Assembly: GCA_964247055.1 (NCBI GenBank)
Contig: OZ176052.1
Span: 2,480,001 to 2,544,000, forward strand
Length of the DNA: 64,000 nt
Direction of reading: 5' to 3'
Source: Paragordius varius
Taxonomy: Eukaryota; Animalia; Nematomorpha
The notes under the pieces were generated by a model. The model saw only the letters and a program-made list of their open reading frames with translations. It did not search any database and was not told where the DNA came from. Every line of letters begins with the position of its first letter. The first letter of the stretch is position 1. Shown here one piece after another: positions 51,761 through 64,000 of the stretch. A program made the translations under genes and the position numbers.

Positions 51761-53529
51761 GTTCATGCAATATCCGTGAGGTTTGGCTAGATCACATTTG
51801 GTGGATTAACAGCAAAGGCCAGTTTGGAAGTTTTGCAAAAACATTAATTCGAAATTAGTTTCTTTACAAGATGTGAAAAATAAAAAACCACCTCAATCTT
51901 AAATTTTACGTTTAAACAGAATTCCACTTCGGTTATCAAGTACAATATACCAATATTATGAATGGCTATCTTTGTTTCAAAATTAAAAGAATAGTAATAT
52001 TGTGGAAAAATACCAAAATATATATGCCTATTATCGGAAAATCGGAAAACACTTGGGTATTATTAGATATAATTTTGGTTCGGATTTAGACAACAGCTCC
52101 AAATATGGTTAATTGTTCCGATTATGCAAAAGGATTCGGTTCAAATCGCAATATTCCGCGAGGATATATATATTGGTCTGATGTAGCATTAACAAACTGT
52201 TGATACATAATGAATTAAGTTACATTAAAGCCGACAATATATTTTTCCTTTAATAGTATAACAAAGTTTAAATACCCTGGAGTTTACGGCAAATATATAT
52301 GCCCACGTATGACTTGCAGTAATATCATACAACATACATAACATTTGAGAACTATTAACCTCCAACAAATATTAAATAACACTAGACAACAAATTTTAAC
52401 TTTTTTTAACTACCATGTAAATTTAAAATTTATTTCATTAAAGTACATAATTAGTATATCTGAAAAGAAAATTGGTCTAGCATGGAAGAATTTCTTTATA
52501 TTAGAGTTTATCGATTATTTTTGGCCCCGATTTAACATTAAACTCGAAATTTCGAAAATTTAAAGTTTTAGATATGAAGCCATGTATTTTATATCATTCG
52601 AAAGAGCGCAAAAAACTGAATCTTTTAAATGGTAGTAAGTCATTTAAATTAATCGGATGTAAAAGTTATTTGGATTTAAATGGTCGAAATTTTTAATCTT
52701 TAAATAGTCAAGAATTTTCACAGACAAACTAATTTGAAAATCATATAAATTATTTTAATATAATTATTAGGTTTATATTAGTATTTAATTTAATAAAAAT
52801 GTTTGAAAAAGCTTTTGGTTTGCTTTTTTAATAAAATTATTATCATAAATATTTTACCTAGTGGATACTAAAATGCATAGTTATAACTGTAAATTTATTA
52901 CATAATGGCTATAAAAGATTAAAAATACCTTAAACTTTGTTTTTATCTTTAAAATTTCGAAATTATCAGCCTTGTAAAGAAAATAAATTAATATTGATGA
53001 GATGGTAATTTTTGAAAAAACAAAAAACTTAAAAATGGCTGTTTTGAGTGACATAAAAGCAATAAAAAATGTTTTAATCAAAAAAAACTTTCTTGTGTTA
53101 TCTTTTTTGGACATTCATCTCCATCTAAACAAAGTTTGAGCTATTTTCATCCATTAGTTTTAAAAACATAGTAATTAAAAAAAATGCTCTCGCTTCGCGC
53201 GTTTGTCGCTCTTTGTGTCCAATATTAAGTGTCGATGTAATACATATTAGTATGCATTTTATAGAGTTTTTATTACTCTTTCGAATGATATATTACAAAT
53301 GGGCATTACTTGTATATTTTCAAAGAAAAACATTTTTTAGTAAAATTTTGATAAAGAGGGCGCATAATCAAAAAAATCAAATTATACAAAATTCTTCCAA
53401 CGAGTTATAATTTTTATTTCAGATTTACTGTTAAAATGATACTAACTATTAGAAAATGCAAAAAACTGGAGTGGCAGAAAAATTTGTTGTCTAGTGTAAT
53501 AATTGATCATACGCTGTTATTAATTTTAA

Positions 53530-54068
53530 CACTTCGATTCAAATTGGTGTATCTAAATACCCCAGACAAAATTTAAGTTAGAATTTTTGAAAAACTACTA
53601 AAAGAAACGGTCCCAATTCGAGTATCTAAATAAAATTTTATTTTGAAAAAAAAGTTCCACCTCAAACTACTTCGACACCATTTTTATTTTACAAAATTTT
53701 CGCAAAATATCGTCTTCATCTAATTTTAAGGGTAAAATTAAAGCTAATTTTTTATTTAAATTACATCTAACATTGATAGAAATAAAAAAATCGGTTTATT
53801 TTGTATTATTTTTCAATTTCACCATTGCACACATGTTGTGTTGACTAAATTGTTGCTTTTCGGTTTTAGCTAAAAATAAGTAATATCAAGTATTTTTGAA
53901 TAAAGTTTTTAGTATACTCTGGTTTATTTATGTTATATAAGTGCAAAATTTTGCCACGGTTTCGATTCCTTCCATATTTTTTAAGGAATTTAATTTTAAA
54001 CACGCCTGGGGTATCCAACTACCCCAATTTGAATCGAAGGACTGAAGTGAATGTGTTGTATCCAAGTG
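53530..54068 (+). mobile_element. piggyBac-like MITE copy F
   Basis: TTAA|CACTTCGATTCAAATTGG ... CCAAGTG|CTAA, colinear with copy C. Confidence 0.85.
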
Positions 54069-54184
54069 CTAACATAAATATATAATGTATTATGATTCGC
54101 ATATAATATCATTAAAAAAATCAAAATCCTATGAGGAGAGTTAAATTGCGAGACAGAATTTTTTTTAAAAGACGATTAATGTTA

Positions 54185-54448
54185 GAGTAAAACTGAAGTT
54201 ATACGGATAAAACGTAAAAATAATTTTTTAAAAAATACAACCATACTTTTTAAACCATAATTTATCCTATAAAATCATTCAATGACAATCTAATATATAA
54301 AATTGATTGTGTTACCAATTTGGATCTCTATTTTTATACTTTGAGGTTTAAAAAAATCAGTTATATTTATAAAAATAAAGTATGGTTGCCTTTTAGAAAA
54401 AAATATTTGTCTTTATATTTTAGCTTCGTATAATTTCAAATTTTACTG
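54185..54448. mobile_element. TA-flanked MITE, copy 2 of the 20920 family
   Basis: TA|GAGTAAAACTGAAGTTATACGGA ... AAAGTATGGTTGCCTTTTAGAAAAA ... TTTTACTG|TA. Confidence 0.6.
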
Positions 54449-54668
54449 TATATTTTATGCAAACATGCTTTTAGAATAAACAAAGAAGTAAAAAATGCAG
54501 CGTCATATTTCTTTGTAATGGACAAATTATAAGTCGGTAAAAAATGGAAAAAGAAATACGAATAAAAATATTAAAATACAGGAAAAAACCGGATAATAGG
54601 TCGCAACAACCATGTAACACTAAATGCAAATTTGTTATTACACGTTATAACGCATGGAGGTTTTAGAT

Positions 54669-54957
54669 CAGGGGTGTTTGCGGCCCTCCAAGACTTTATG
54701 TACGGCCTGCGAAAATTTCGGAAACCCATAGATAGCAAATATGTTCACAAAATATTAGTAAAATCGATATATCTTCGAAATAAGTTTATCCTATTAGCAA
54801 AAACAATAAAAAATCGATATATCATGTTTGAATTTACAATCTTATAATTACAATCTAATAATTTTTTTTATATATGTTCATATATATTAGAATGCGGCCC
54901 GCCAGATTTTTGAGTGAAAAATGCGGCCCGCGAAGCCATTTGTGTTGGACATCGCTG
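54669..54957. mobile_element. hAT (Charlie/Buster-type) MITE
   Basis: CAGGGGTG start, repeated ATGCGGCCCGC motifs, GGACATCGCTG end; related to 12749-13020. Other hAT-like ends occur at ~29005 (GGACACCCCTG) and 55986-56008 (GGCCGCGGTTTGAGTACCACTG). Confidence 0.6.
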
Positions 54958-57589
54958 TAGTAGTGTTTCATTACCATAAAGTTAGAGTTGTTTAATTGAA
55001 ATTTATATAAATTTCAATTTTACAGTATTGAGCTTAAATTTGACTAAACAAGACATTTCATTTTTTTCCTATACCACCTATTCCGTAATAAATAAGAGAT
55101 GAAAGATTCTATATAAACGCTAAAATGTTGACTCATTTCATATAAAATTTTTAAATAGTGTACACTTAATTTAAGTGGGCGTTTACTGAATTTCGAAAAC
55201 ACATACCAAAAAATATCCAGAAATGATTTTAATTTCGAAACAAATAATTTTTATAAAAATTTTGAAATTTGTATAACTGAAAAATATTGTAAAGATTAGA
55301 TTAAGTATATTAACAATTAAGGAATACGCAGTTATAATTATTAATAAAACTATTTTTCAATAAAATTATTTATTTGAAATTAACTGTTGGTTGAATTTAA
55401 ATGGAATGAATGATTGTTTATAAATTAAAATATTTCTTACTTCATTTCCTTTTCACTAGTTTTCATTGGGGTAGATATTCCAGAGCTCAATTCGTAAATA
55501 AACGACGGTTTTGAAAGTTTTTTTAGTCAAAAATTAAATATCAAATGTTCTCATGTATTAGTTAAAAAAGCTTGGATTTAAAATTTTGTGACTTCTAGAG
55601 GCTAAAATTGGGTCAGCTTTGAAACACGATTGACACGAACAGCTGATATTTAAAAATATATCTAGTTTGTGCTGCTATAGTCTGAAATTTTAAAGTTAAA
55701 TTAATTACATTTTCTAAACATAATATTAACGATTATATAATTTATCGAAATAAATGGCGGAAAAAAAGTTTGAGATAAGGATTTTTTTACAATTTTACAT
55801 TTTTGAAAAAAAAAAATTTATAATGCGCCTAAAAGGCTAAAAAATATGCTCATGCTTTGTTTTAATTTAATGCCGTGCGCCGGATATTTTGAGTCGAAAT
55901 GCGACCTACTAAACCAATGGTATCGTCACAAAATATTTTTCTTGTTTCAAGGGCCGTGCATAAACCGACAAATATTGCAAAGTTATGGCCGCGGTTTGAG
56001 TACCACTGCATTAAACCATTTCTGATATACAGCCTTACACATACATCCTTAAAACACAAACGAACATTTCACACCCCTCTGAATAAATCTAAGGTTATTA
56101 ATTTCATGAAACACAAAATATGTACTTTACTATATGATTAAAATTTATCTGATTTTATTGTGAAAAAAAGCCAATCAAATACTAGGGTCACATAAATCAA
56201 GCAAGATTATAGATCAAAGTAAAAAATTAATAAAATGGCCCGTAAACTTATGTTACTCTAACTAACGAACCTTTGTTACAGCATAGGACCGACTTTAATA
56301 ATCCCATGCTACAATTCATTCCCATTAAGGAAGAAACTTGAAAATGATAATGATGCAAAGATAGGATACAAACAATATTATATGTTTGAATACAACCCAC
56401 ATTGAATCGATTATTTTAGTGCAGCACAAGACGCTGTGAGTTACCCAAATCCAATTTCTAAAATTTGAAAATTAATTGTTTTGATGCTTTCTGATACACT
56501 TAAATGACATAGATGGGGCAAAAAAACACAATTTATTGATGTATATGAAATTATTATTTTGGCCAAATCTTGGCCAGTTAGGCATACACAGTAATGGCTG
56601 CATAAATTAATAAATTATTTAAAAAGACTCGGCCAATAGAAAGGATTTTTTATTTAACTGACATTTACCTTATTTAGAATAAAAATAATAAAAGTAATTT
56701 TCGTTTTCATTAATTTATTTTAAAAGCATTTGTAAAGCGCTCCCGATATGTAGTTAAACACAGTAGTTAAATTGAAGGGTAAACTATTGTTGGAGTATGT
56801 TGATCGGTTAGCTTGGATCTCTATCTTATATACGAATGAATTATTGTGTACCCATCTATGATTTTCAGTTTGATCCAATATTGTAAGTTGGGAATCCTTT
56901 TGCCAGATTGTATACTTGTAATTAATAAGATATTAAACATATATATCAACTAGTAATTGCAATATTATAACATATTACATTGACTTGTCATCATTTAATG
57001 TGTGAATGCCTTAGAATTTCAAAATATTCGACACACATATAATGATAAATAATTACTTTTAAAGCTTTCTAGTTCATTTAACATCATGGGCTACATCATA
57101 CAATTAAAAATGTGTGACTATATTTGAGAACTAAAAGCAAAGGTAAAAAATCGTGTGGAAAATTTTTTATATTATATTTTCATTCGATTAGAAAAACTTA
57201 ATCGCTAGTAGGATTTTACACTTAACAAGTTTGTTTTTCTAAACCGGTTTCTGGTAAGAGGTTATGACCATAGACATTGCTTATAGAAAAATATAAGTAA
57301 GGCTAATATTAATTATTTAACTGAAAAAAACAAAATATTTATGGCAACAAAATTTTAATTAAATATAACATACGATAGGGGTAATTTTAAATTAAACTAA
57401 TTTTTTAGCTTTTTTGTGTTGGTACTGCTAACTGAACAGTCAGATCAAGTCTGCTACTTACTCTACCATAGAAAATTATAATATATAATTTATTTATATT
57501 GATATTAGATTTTTAACAAATTGAGTACGAAAAGAGGATATAAACGCATCGATAATTTAAGATTTTTTATTTAAAAATTTAAAAAGGAC

Positions 57590-59325
57590 TACATAGTTAA
57601 ATGTCAAACATGCAACGGCGAATTGAGGAATTTGCACGGCGGAAAGAATGATATATTAAAGCATTTGGAGACACAGAAACATAAAAGATGTTCAAATAAT
57701 GCTGCATCATCTTCCAAGATGCCAAATTTTTTCAAAAAACAACCTATGGAGATGAAGAAAATAATTTAGCATTAGCAGAGGGACTTATATCCTTTTACGC
57801 TGTTAATCAGAATCATTCCTTCAGATCTATCGATTGTACATCACAAGTTCTCATATTAGCATCTAATCATAAAGAAATAAAATTATTTCGAACCATTATA
57901 AGATATTTAATTCAGATACTAGGGTTAAAATTTTAGATTTTATTTCTTTAACCGGTAAAAATTCCAAAATTTTTTTTGGTTCTATTGATACTTTAGAAAA
58001 AAATAATTTAAAACAAAAAATTATCGCAACTGTGCAGACAATATGACTGCAAATTTTGGAGGAAAAGCGAGAAGAGGCACAAATAATATTTTTTAAAAAT
58101 TAGCGTAAGACCTGGTTTAAATTATTATTGGTGTTGGGTGTGCAGCGCATATAATACACAACGCTATTCAAACAGCCGCTAACTTGTTACTAGTATATAT
58201 GAGAAATGCTGTTGTTAAAATATATTATTATTTCTATGTATACATGTACGCGTTAAAATGCTCAAATAATTTTGTTAAAATGCGGATGTTGAATATGAGA
58301 AAATACTTGAATACTCTTTGATTAGCTCTTCTTCCAGCTATCGAAAGAATTTTGAAGATGAATGATCCCTTAAAATCCTACTTTCTATCGCAAGACAAAT
58401 GTTCTACGATTTTAGAAAGGTTTTTTAAAAGTAAATTTTCCAAAATAGGTTAGAGTTTCTACAAATTCAATGCTCTCTTCAAAACGTTATTAAACTTATT
58501 GAAGATGATAAATTATCTGCAATCGAAGTAGCAAATGAATTTAATATGTTAGAATATAATTTCCCATTTACTATTCGCAATAGTATAAACGAGCTCGAAG
58601 AGCAAGGTGCAATAAACTGTCCGGATATCATGAACTATATAAAAAGATTTTATACCAACTGCAAGATCATTTAGAAAACTGGGTCGTGCAACTCAATTAT
58701 ATTGATTATTATTGTATTACTTTAAAACCAGAATACACTTGGCACGATGTTAGAAAATCCTTTGATTATATTTCTCTAAAATTCCCTAATAGTAATATTT
58801 CTTAAAATGAACTTTTTAATGAAGTATCATTGGGTAAAAAATATATTGATAAGGAGTTCAAATATTGGTAGCATCAAAAAAATAACAGTAGATGACAAAT
58901 GGTTGGAAATATTTCATCATTTTGAAACTATGTTCCTTCAATAATGTTTTAAAAACTGTGGAATTCGCACTCTCTTTACCTGGAACTAACGCTGCGACTG
59001 AACGCGTTTTTCTACAGTAAAGCAAGTGTGGACATCAGAAACATCAAAAATAAATTTGAAACTAGGAAAGCTATTTTATGTTCAAATATAATTTAACGAA
59101 TTGTTGTGAAGATTTAAAATATATAAAAAATGATAACAACCTGCTCATTCAAATAAAAAATATATTAAGGGATGAAATATCATACATTTTTTATATTTAT
59201 AAATTGTGTTATTTTAAAAATATAAAAATATTACGATATTATTTTTTGTGAGAAAATTTTTGATAGTAAGGACCCCCTCTTCCGTTCAGGTGTCCTACTT
59301 TTTTCATTAAAAAATCTGGTCAACC
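57590..59325 (+). pseudogene. Decayed hAT transposase (possibly Blackjack group) with BED-type finger, catalytic core and hATC region
   Basis: Fragments across frameshifts and stops: KCQTCNGE..LHGGKNDILKHLETQKHK, IIGVGCAAHIIHNAIQTA (CxxH), LALLPAIERILKMNDPLKSYFLSQDKC, EFALSLPGTNAATERVF. A terminal-like AATCTGGTCAACCC lies at ~59312-59325. Confidence 0.88.
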
Positions 59326-60426
59326 CAAATAAAGGGAATAGTTAAAAATGATAATATAGCTGAATGGAACACGGTGTCAATAATAAAATAAAACACCCGA
59401 AAAATGTTGAAAGACCAACTTGAACTCTCAAGAGCAAACATGAAACGTTCAAGGACACTCTTAATTACTTTCCCTGTCACACCTTCAGCCAATGAAATTA
59501 GGACTTAAATTTTATTATTAATATACCCGTAGAAAATATATTATATTTATTGAATAGATATATTAAAAAAATTAAGTAAAAAAATTTGTTAAACTAAAAA
59601 GGAATCATGATGCGGATATTGACTTATGTGTTCTTTCCCTGAAATCGAGGTCCATTATAATAATTAATTTGAAATATCATGAGCTATAATAAAATAATTG
59701 TTACATTATCAGCCACAAGCGGTTTCTAATAAATAATGCCTTTATATATCAATAAAACCATAAAACCTTTGAGCTTCCTGCAAGCATAATTCCCCACGTT
59801 TGATTTGTATTGATACTATACACGTTTATGAGAATTGGATGATTGTTGACCTCCAACCAATACTAAGTAAAATATATTTTAATTAAAACTCCAAAAATGT
59901 AACAAGGAGTTAAAAATTATCGAGATAAAATATTTTTTGTTGAAAATGCATTAGAATTCTATGATATTATGGTTTTGGGGCGAGTGTTAGTAATATGCAA
60001 TAATGGTAAATCAATCGTTACATCGGATCCAATTATAGAAGTAGTTAAAGGGCATTATTTTTACCGGTTTTTCGGTAAATCACGTAATTTAATTATTTTA
60101 TTCAAAATATTGTATGTCGGCTTCTAAACATTTCCCCTATCTCTCAGGTAATATATAAATGATTGACTTTTGCGGCAAACCATTCATCAAGCCATTTTCC
60201 ATCGTCTTGAGAATTATGGAAGGGAACTTCTGCAAGGGTGAGCCTATCGATGCGAACTTATATTAGTCAGATGGCTTCAGGTCCGGAGAGTCTAGCTGAT
60301 GCGAAAGAATTTTCCATCAAAGCGATTCCAGTGTCTTTCACTGGTTTTGATGTGTGTGACAGAGCATATTGTTATGTAGAAAAATCAATTTGCTATGTCT
60401 TATGGCCGATTCCGGTCATATTTTGA

Positions 60427-61172
60427 TTAATGCATATTTAAATACGTCATTTGCTAGTGATAGCGTTGTTTATTACGGTTTTACCGGGTTTAAAAAGTTC
60501 ATAATATAAATATCGCTTTAATTGCATCAGACACAGAGCTCGCTCTTGCCAAGGCGATTTGGCATTGAAGATCGATGGACCAGCATTGATGGGAAAGCCA
60601 GATTTTTCCACTTTGGATTTGCGAAATAAAGCCATTTTTCATTACCCATCCCAATTCTATGCAAAAATGATTTCATTTCGTCACGTTGAAGCATGATTTC
60701 ACAAACCATTTTGCGATTTTAGATTTGACTCTCATTTATATTGTGAGGCCAGTCACTGAATATTTTGGTCATTCACATTGATCGTAGACATCCATTGATT
60801 GTTTTTTTGTGATGTATGTAATGCTTTATGTTTTAGTTGAGTAATCATTTTATAAAAACTCTTGCACTTGGGCATCTACGCAGTTGTGTGGTATACCAGA
60901 GCCATACTTTTTTATATAAAATCACACTTAAATATTTTGAAACCATGTTTCACACGTTTTACGGGATAGAGCATGTTCTCATGTTATGAGCAAACGATGA
61001 CAATCAATAGTTTTTTTATTGAACGGACCAAGAAAAGCAATGCGTGCCGCAAATGTTGTTTTTTCAGTCTCGAAATTCGACATTACTAAAAGATAAAAAT
61101 AATAAGCTAATTTTAGGCGGTTTGCCGTTAAATGAAAAAATATATCTGTATTAAGTTATTTGTCTGCCTAAT
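60427..61172 (-). pseudogene. Decayed, 3'-truncated mariner transposase (Mos1/mauritiana-like)
   Basis: ATG at 61083: MSNFETEK...FNKKTIDCHRLL...SRKTCETWFQ, then WPHNINESQ..NRKMVCEIMLQRDEMKSFLHRIGMGNEKWLYFANPKWK, PNRLGK, YYELFKPGKTV. TIR-like AAGTTATTTGTCTGCCTAAT at ~61153-61172. Confidence 0.9.
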
Positions 61173-61780
61173 TTCCTCTGGCGTCTGCTCATAGTTAACC
61201 GGGCTATGATTCGTTATATATATGTATATATATATGGGGTGTTCAGCATGCGGTACTCCTATTTAATCCTTCAAATACAACATTTAATTTGGAAAAATAT
61301 ACTATTAGTGGCTTAGAAAAATAATTAAATTTGTTTTAAAAATCAATATATTTTTCATATCAATTAGTCAGATTTATCGTTGATTATTAGGAGAGGGTTA
61401 TTTTAAGACCGTAATATATGAATACGTACCTGAACCATACATTGGATTTAAGTACTTTATAAGCTCTTTAAGGTAAAAATTATCATTTTATGGTTCAAAA
61501 TCATCCAAAAGTTTTATAGACAAAAACCGTAAAGATAAATAGACAACTTAAAATAATTAGTAATTATATCGTGGGTGTAATTTAAAATCCCACGTATATC
61601 TATTAAAATATTATTAACTAATGCACATTTTTTTCAGGTCACCGGTGAAGCCCTTTCTGTTGAGCTCCCCTTATCTAAACAATGGTATACACATAATAAT
61701 ATATTCATTAGCGTACCTAAAAAATAAATTAAATTTTTTTGTTAAATATTTTTTTATTTGCCTGTATGTAATACGGCTTA

Positions 61781-63118
61781 CACTGTGTGTGCAAAAAAGG
61801 GGTTAATTTTTTTTAACAAAAATTTTTTTCTAAATGAGATAGCTTATGACCAGCGAATTGATTTTCCGCAAAAATTATTATTTGTTGACAACCTAGTTTT
61901 TAAAATATTGAGAGAAAGTCGAAATCGGGCAAAAAGTGAAAATTAAGGATAATTAAGGATAATTCAAAAAATAATGACAAAATTTGAGATATATAGTATA
62001 GTTTATTATTATTAATATATATTTTTTCAATATATAAATAGCCTAACATTATATAGTTAGGGTTTCTTTGAAATTTCAGCTCAAAAGATGGCGTTTTTCT
62101 TTTAAATCACTCAAAATACAAAAAATTTTTTATGAAATTATATTAGAATATTTTTTTTAGTTAAACTCACTTTTTATTTTAGCATTTTTTGTCATTTGGT
62201 TTATGAATGTTTAAAAAATATATACTGTTTTATTTTGGAATCTTACATGAGTGGTAATTTTTAAGCATATAATTTATGCAAAATAGGGTTTAAAAGTAGT
62301 GGAATATCAACCAACAATCCTTACAAATCCCTGTAACAAGTCTTAAAACAAATTAAAATGTACGGATTGTTGTTTGTATTCCACTACTTTTAAATCCTAT
62401 TTTGCATTAATTATAAACATTATAATTCTCACTCATGTAAGATTCCATAGTATAAATTTTTCATACACTTATATAATAGATGACAAAAAATGCAAAAATA
62501 AAAAACAATATTTTTGGTTTTATTTTGATATGTAAGTTTATTTTACTGATAATAAATGTTAAGATTTTAATAGTTTAGCTATTAAATAATATATATAAAA
62601 ATCTCTTCGCTATATAGAAAATATTATCAACTATTTCGGCATGTTAAGGATAAGTATGGCCTATACATATTAGAATATGGAAATGATCATCTGTTTAAGA
62701 ATATTTAAAAGCAGTGGTTAATAACACTGTGTGCAAAAAAATTTTTCACATTTAACAAATTTTTTTTTATGAGATAGCTTATGATCAGCGTATTCATTTG
62801 CCGTAAAAGTTTTCATTTGTTGACAACCTAGTTTTTAAATATTGAGAGAAAACCGAAATCGGGCAAATAGTGAAATTTAAGGATATTTAAGGATAATTCA
62901 AAAAATAATGATAAATTTTGAGATATTATGGCTTATTATCATTTTAGGATATATTTTCAATATATAAATAGCCTAAAATCATATAGTTATGGTTTCTATA
63001 AAATATCAGCTCAAAAGATGGCGTTTTTCTTTTAACACTCTCAAAAGACAAAACATTTATGAAACTATATTAAAATAATTTTTTTAAATTGTTCGGTCCA
63101 AAAAAAGAGATTTAACTC
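61781..63118 (+). repeat. Two direct ~390-bp copies of an element starting CACTGTGTG (61781-~62168 and 62725-~63118)
   Basis: Long alignable blocks (GAGATAGCTTATGA.CAGCG, TTTGTTGACAACCTAGTTTT, CAGCTCAAAAGATGGCGTTTTTCTTT). Tc1-like start is an inference. Confidence 0.75.
62171..62505. repeat. Long inverted repeat (~150-bp arms, 33-nt loop)
   Basis: TGGAATCTTACATGAGTG...GCAAAATAGGGTTTAAAAGTAGTGGAATA...CAACAATCCTTACA pairs with TGTACGGATTGTTG...TATTCCACTACTTTTAAATCCTATTTTGC...CACTCATGTAAGATTCCA. Confidence 0.85.
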
Positions 63119-64000
63119 AAATTTATATGATAAAATTTTTAACATTTGCTTTGTATTCGTAAGGAACTTTCGAATCCGTCAAAGTGTAAAGATCTTTTGG
63201 TAAATAAAAATCTATCATCCACCATCTCAAAGGGAACATCTTTGGCGTTGTATTCGCCTCGATATATAGCCACAAAACCGATTGCTGCATATATATCCCA
63301 ATACTTCTAACATAGTATATAAGCATTATTATAAATTAAGCAACACTTTATTATATTATTTTTATTATTATACTTTATATATGTATAATTAATGTAAACA
63401 TTGTATATGCCATAGGGAAGTGTGTTCCACAAACATACATCGTTTTCAATAACCAAGTAAATTTCTAAATGAACAGTTTATTTACATCAATTAATTAGAC
63501 TCGAGTTAAAAATAACTTATAAATTCTATACCCATTGAATTATGAAATGTCTTTGGTGGATTCTGAATTGCTAAAAATATATATATCAATTTAATTAGAA
63601 TTAAAATATACATTGATTATTTTTCAATGAATATTGCCAGATAGCTTATCAACAAAGGAAATTTGTATATTTGATTTTTCACTTAGCCAATAATAATTCT
63701 CTTTCCTGTCAGGCTTACAAAAAAAGTAATTTGATAAACATTCGTTACTTCAAAATTTCATTGAAGTGTCTACGCTTATAAATTTAAGATAAATATAAAT
63801 TTACTTTAAAATCCCCGAATTTGAAGGCGAATTAATCTTTAAGAAATGATAGAAATGGTTAGCAGCTTTTATACAGTTTCTCAGATATTTTAATTTTTTT
63901 ATACGGTACGCTTAAAAATATAGAAATTTAAATTAAGCAAAGTGTGCTTTTTTAAAATTTTGCATAAACTAATTGTTAATTGTTTATAACCTTAAGTTAA

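Noticed and set aside
1-64000. Species or phylum assignment
   Set aside because: The gene set and TE types suggest an AT-rich invertebrate, but nothing here is diagnostic without a database search.

Overview
Eukaryotic, very AT-rich, intron-rich DNA, inferred to be animal (invertebrate); the species cannot be fixed from sequence alone, and the ORF track's TTG/GTG starts are mostly exon fragments. By manual splicing I recover five genes: a ~22 kb ATG2 (+, about 47-48 exons), a 3-exon gene encoding a transposase-like DNA-binding domain plus an acidic tail (-), an isochorismatase-domain gene (-), a bestrophin (-) and MLH1 (-). The last ~16 kb has no host gene I can support and holds decayed hAT, mariner and LINE relics and several MITE families. 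The most unusual signals are: (1) obligatory 21, 23 and 27 nt GT-AG introns in ATG2 (plus a likely 22 nt one in the neighbouring gene) alongside introns of hundreds of nt; (2) a probable domesticated transposon-derived regulator; (3) a TTAA-targeting piggyBac-like MITE that has twice inserted into its own copies in inverted orientation, both times just upstream of a gene start. I saw no rRNA, tRNA or CRISPR. All splice models are hand-derived and need RNA confirmation.
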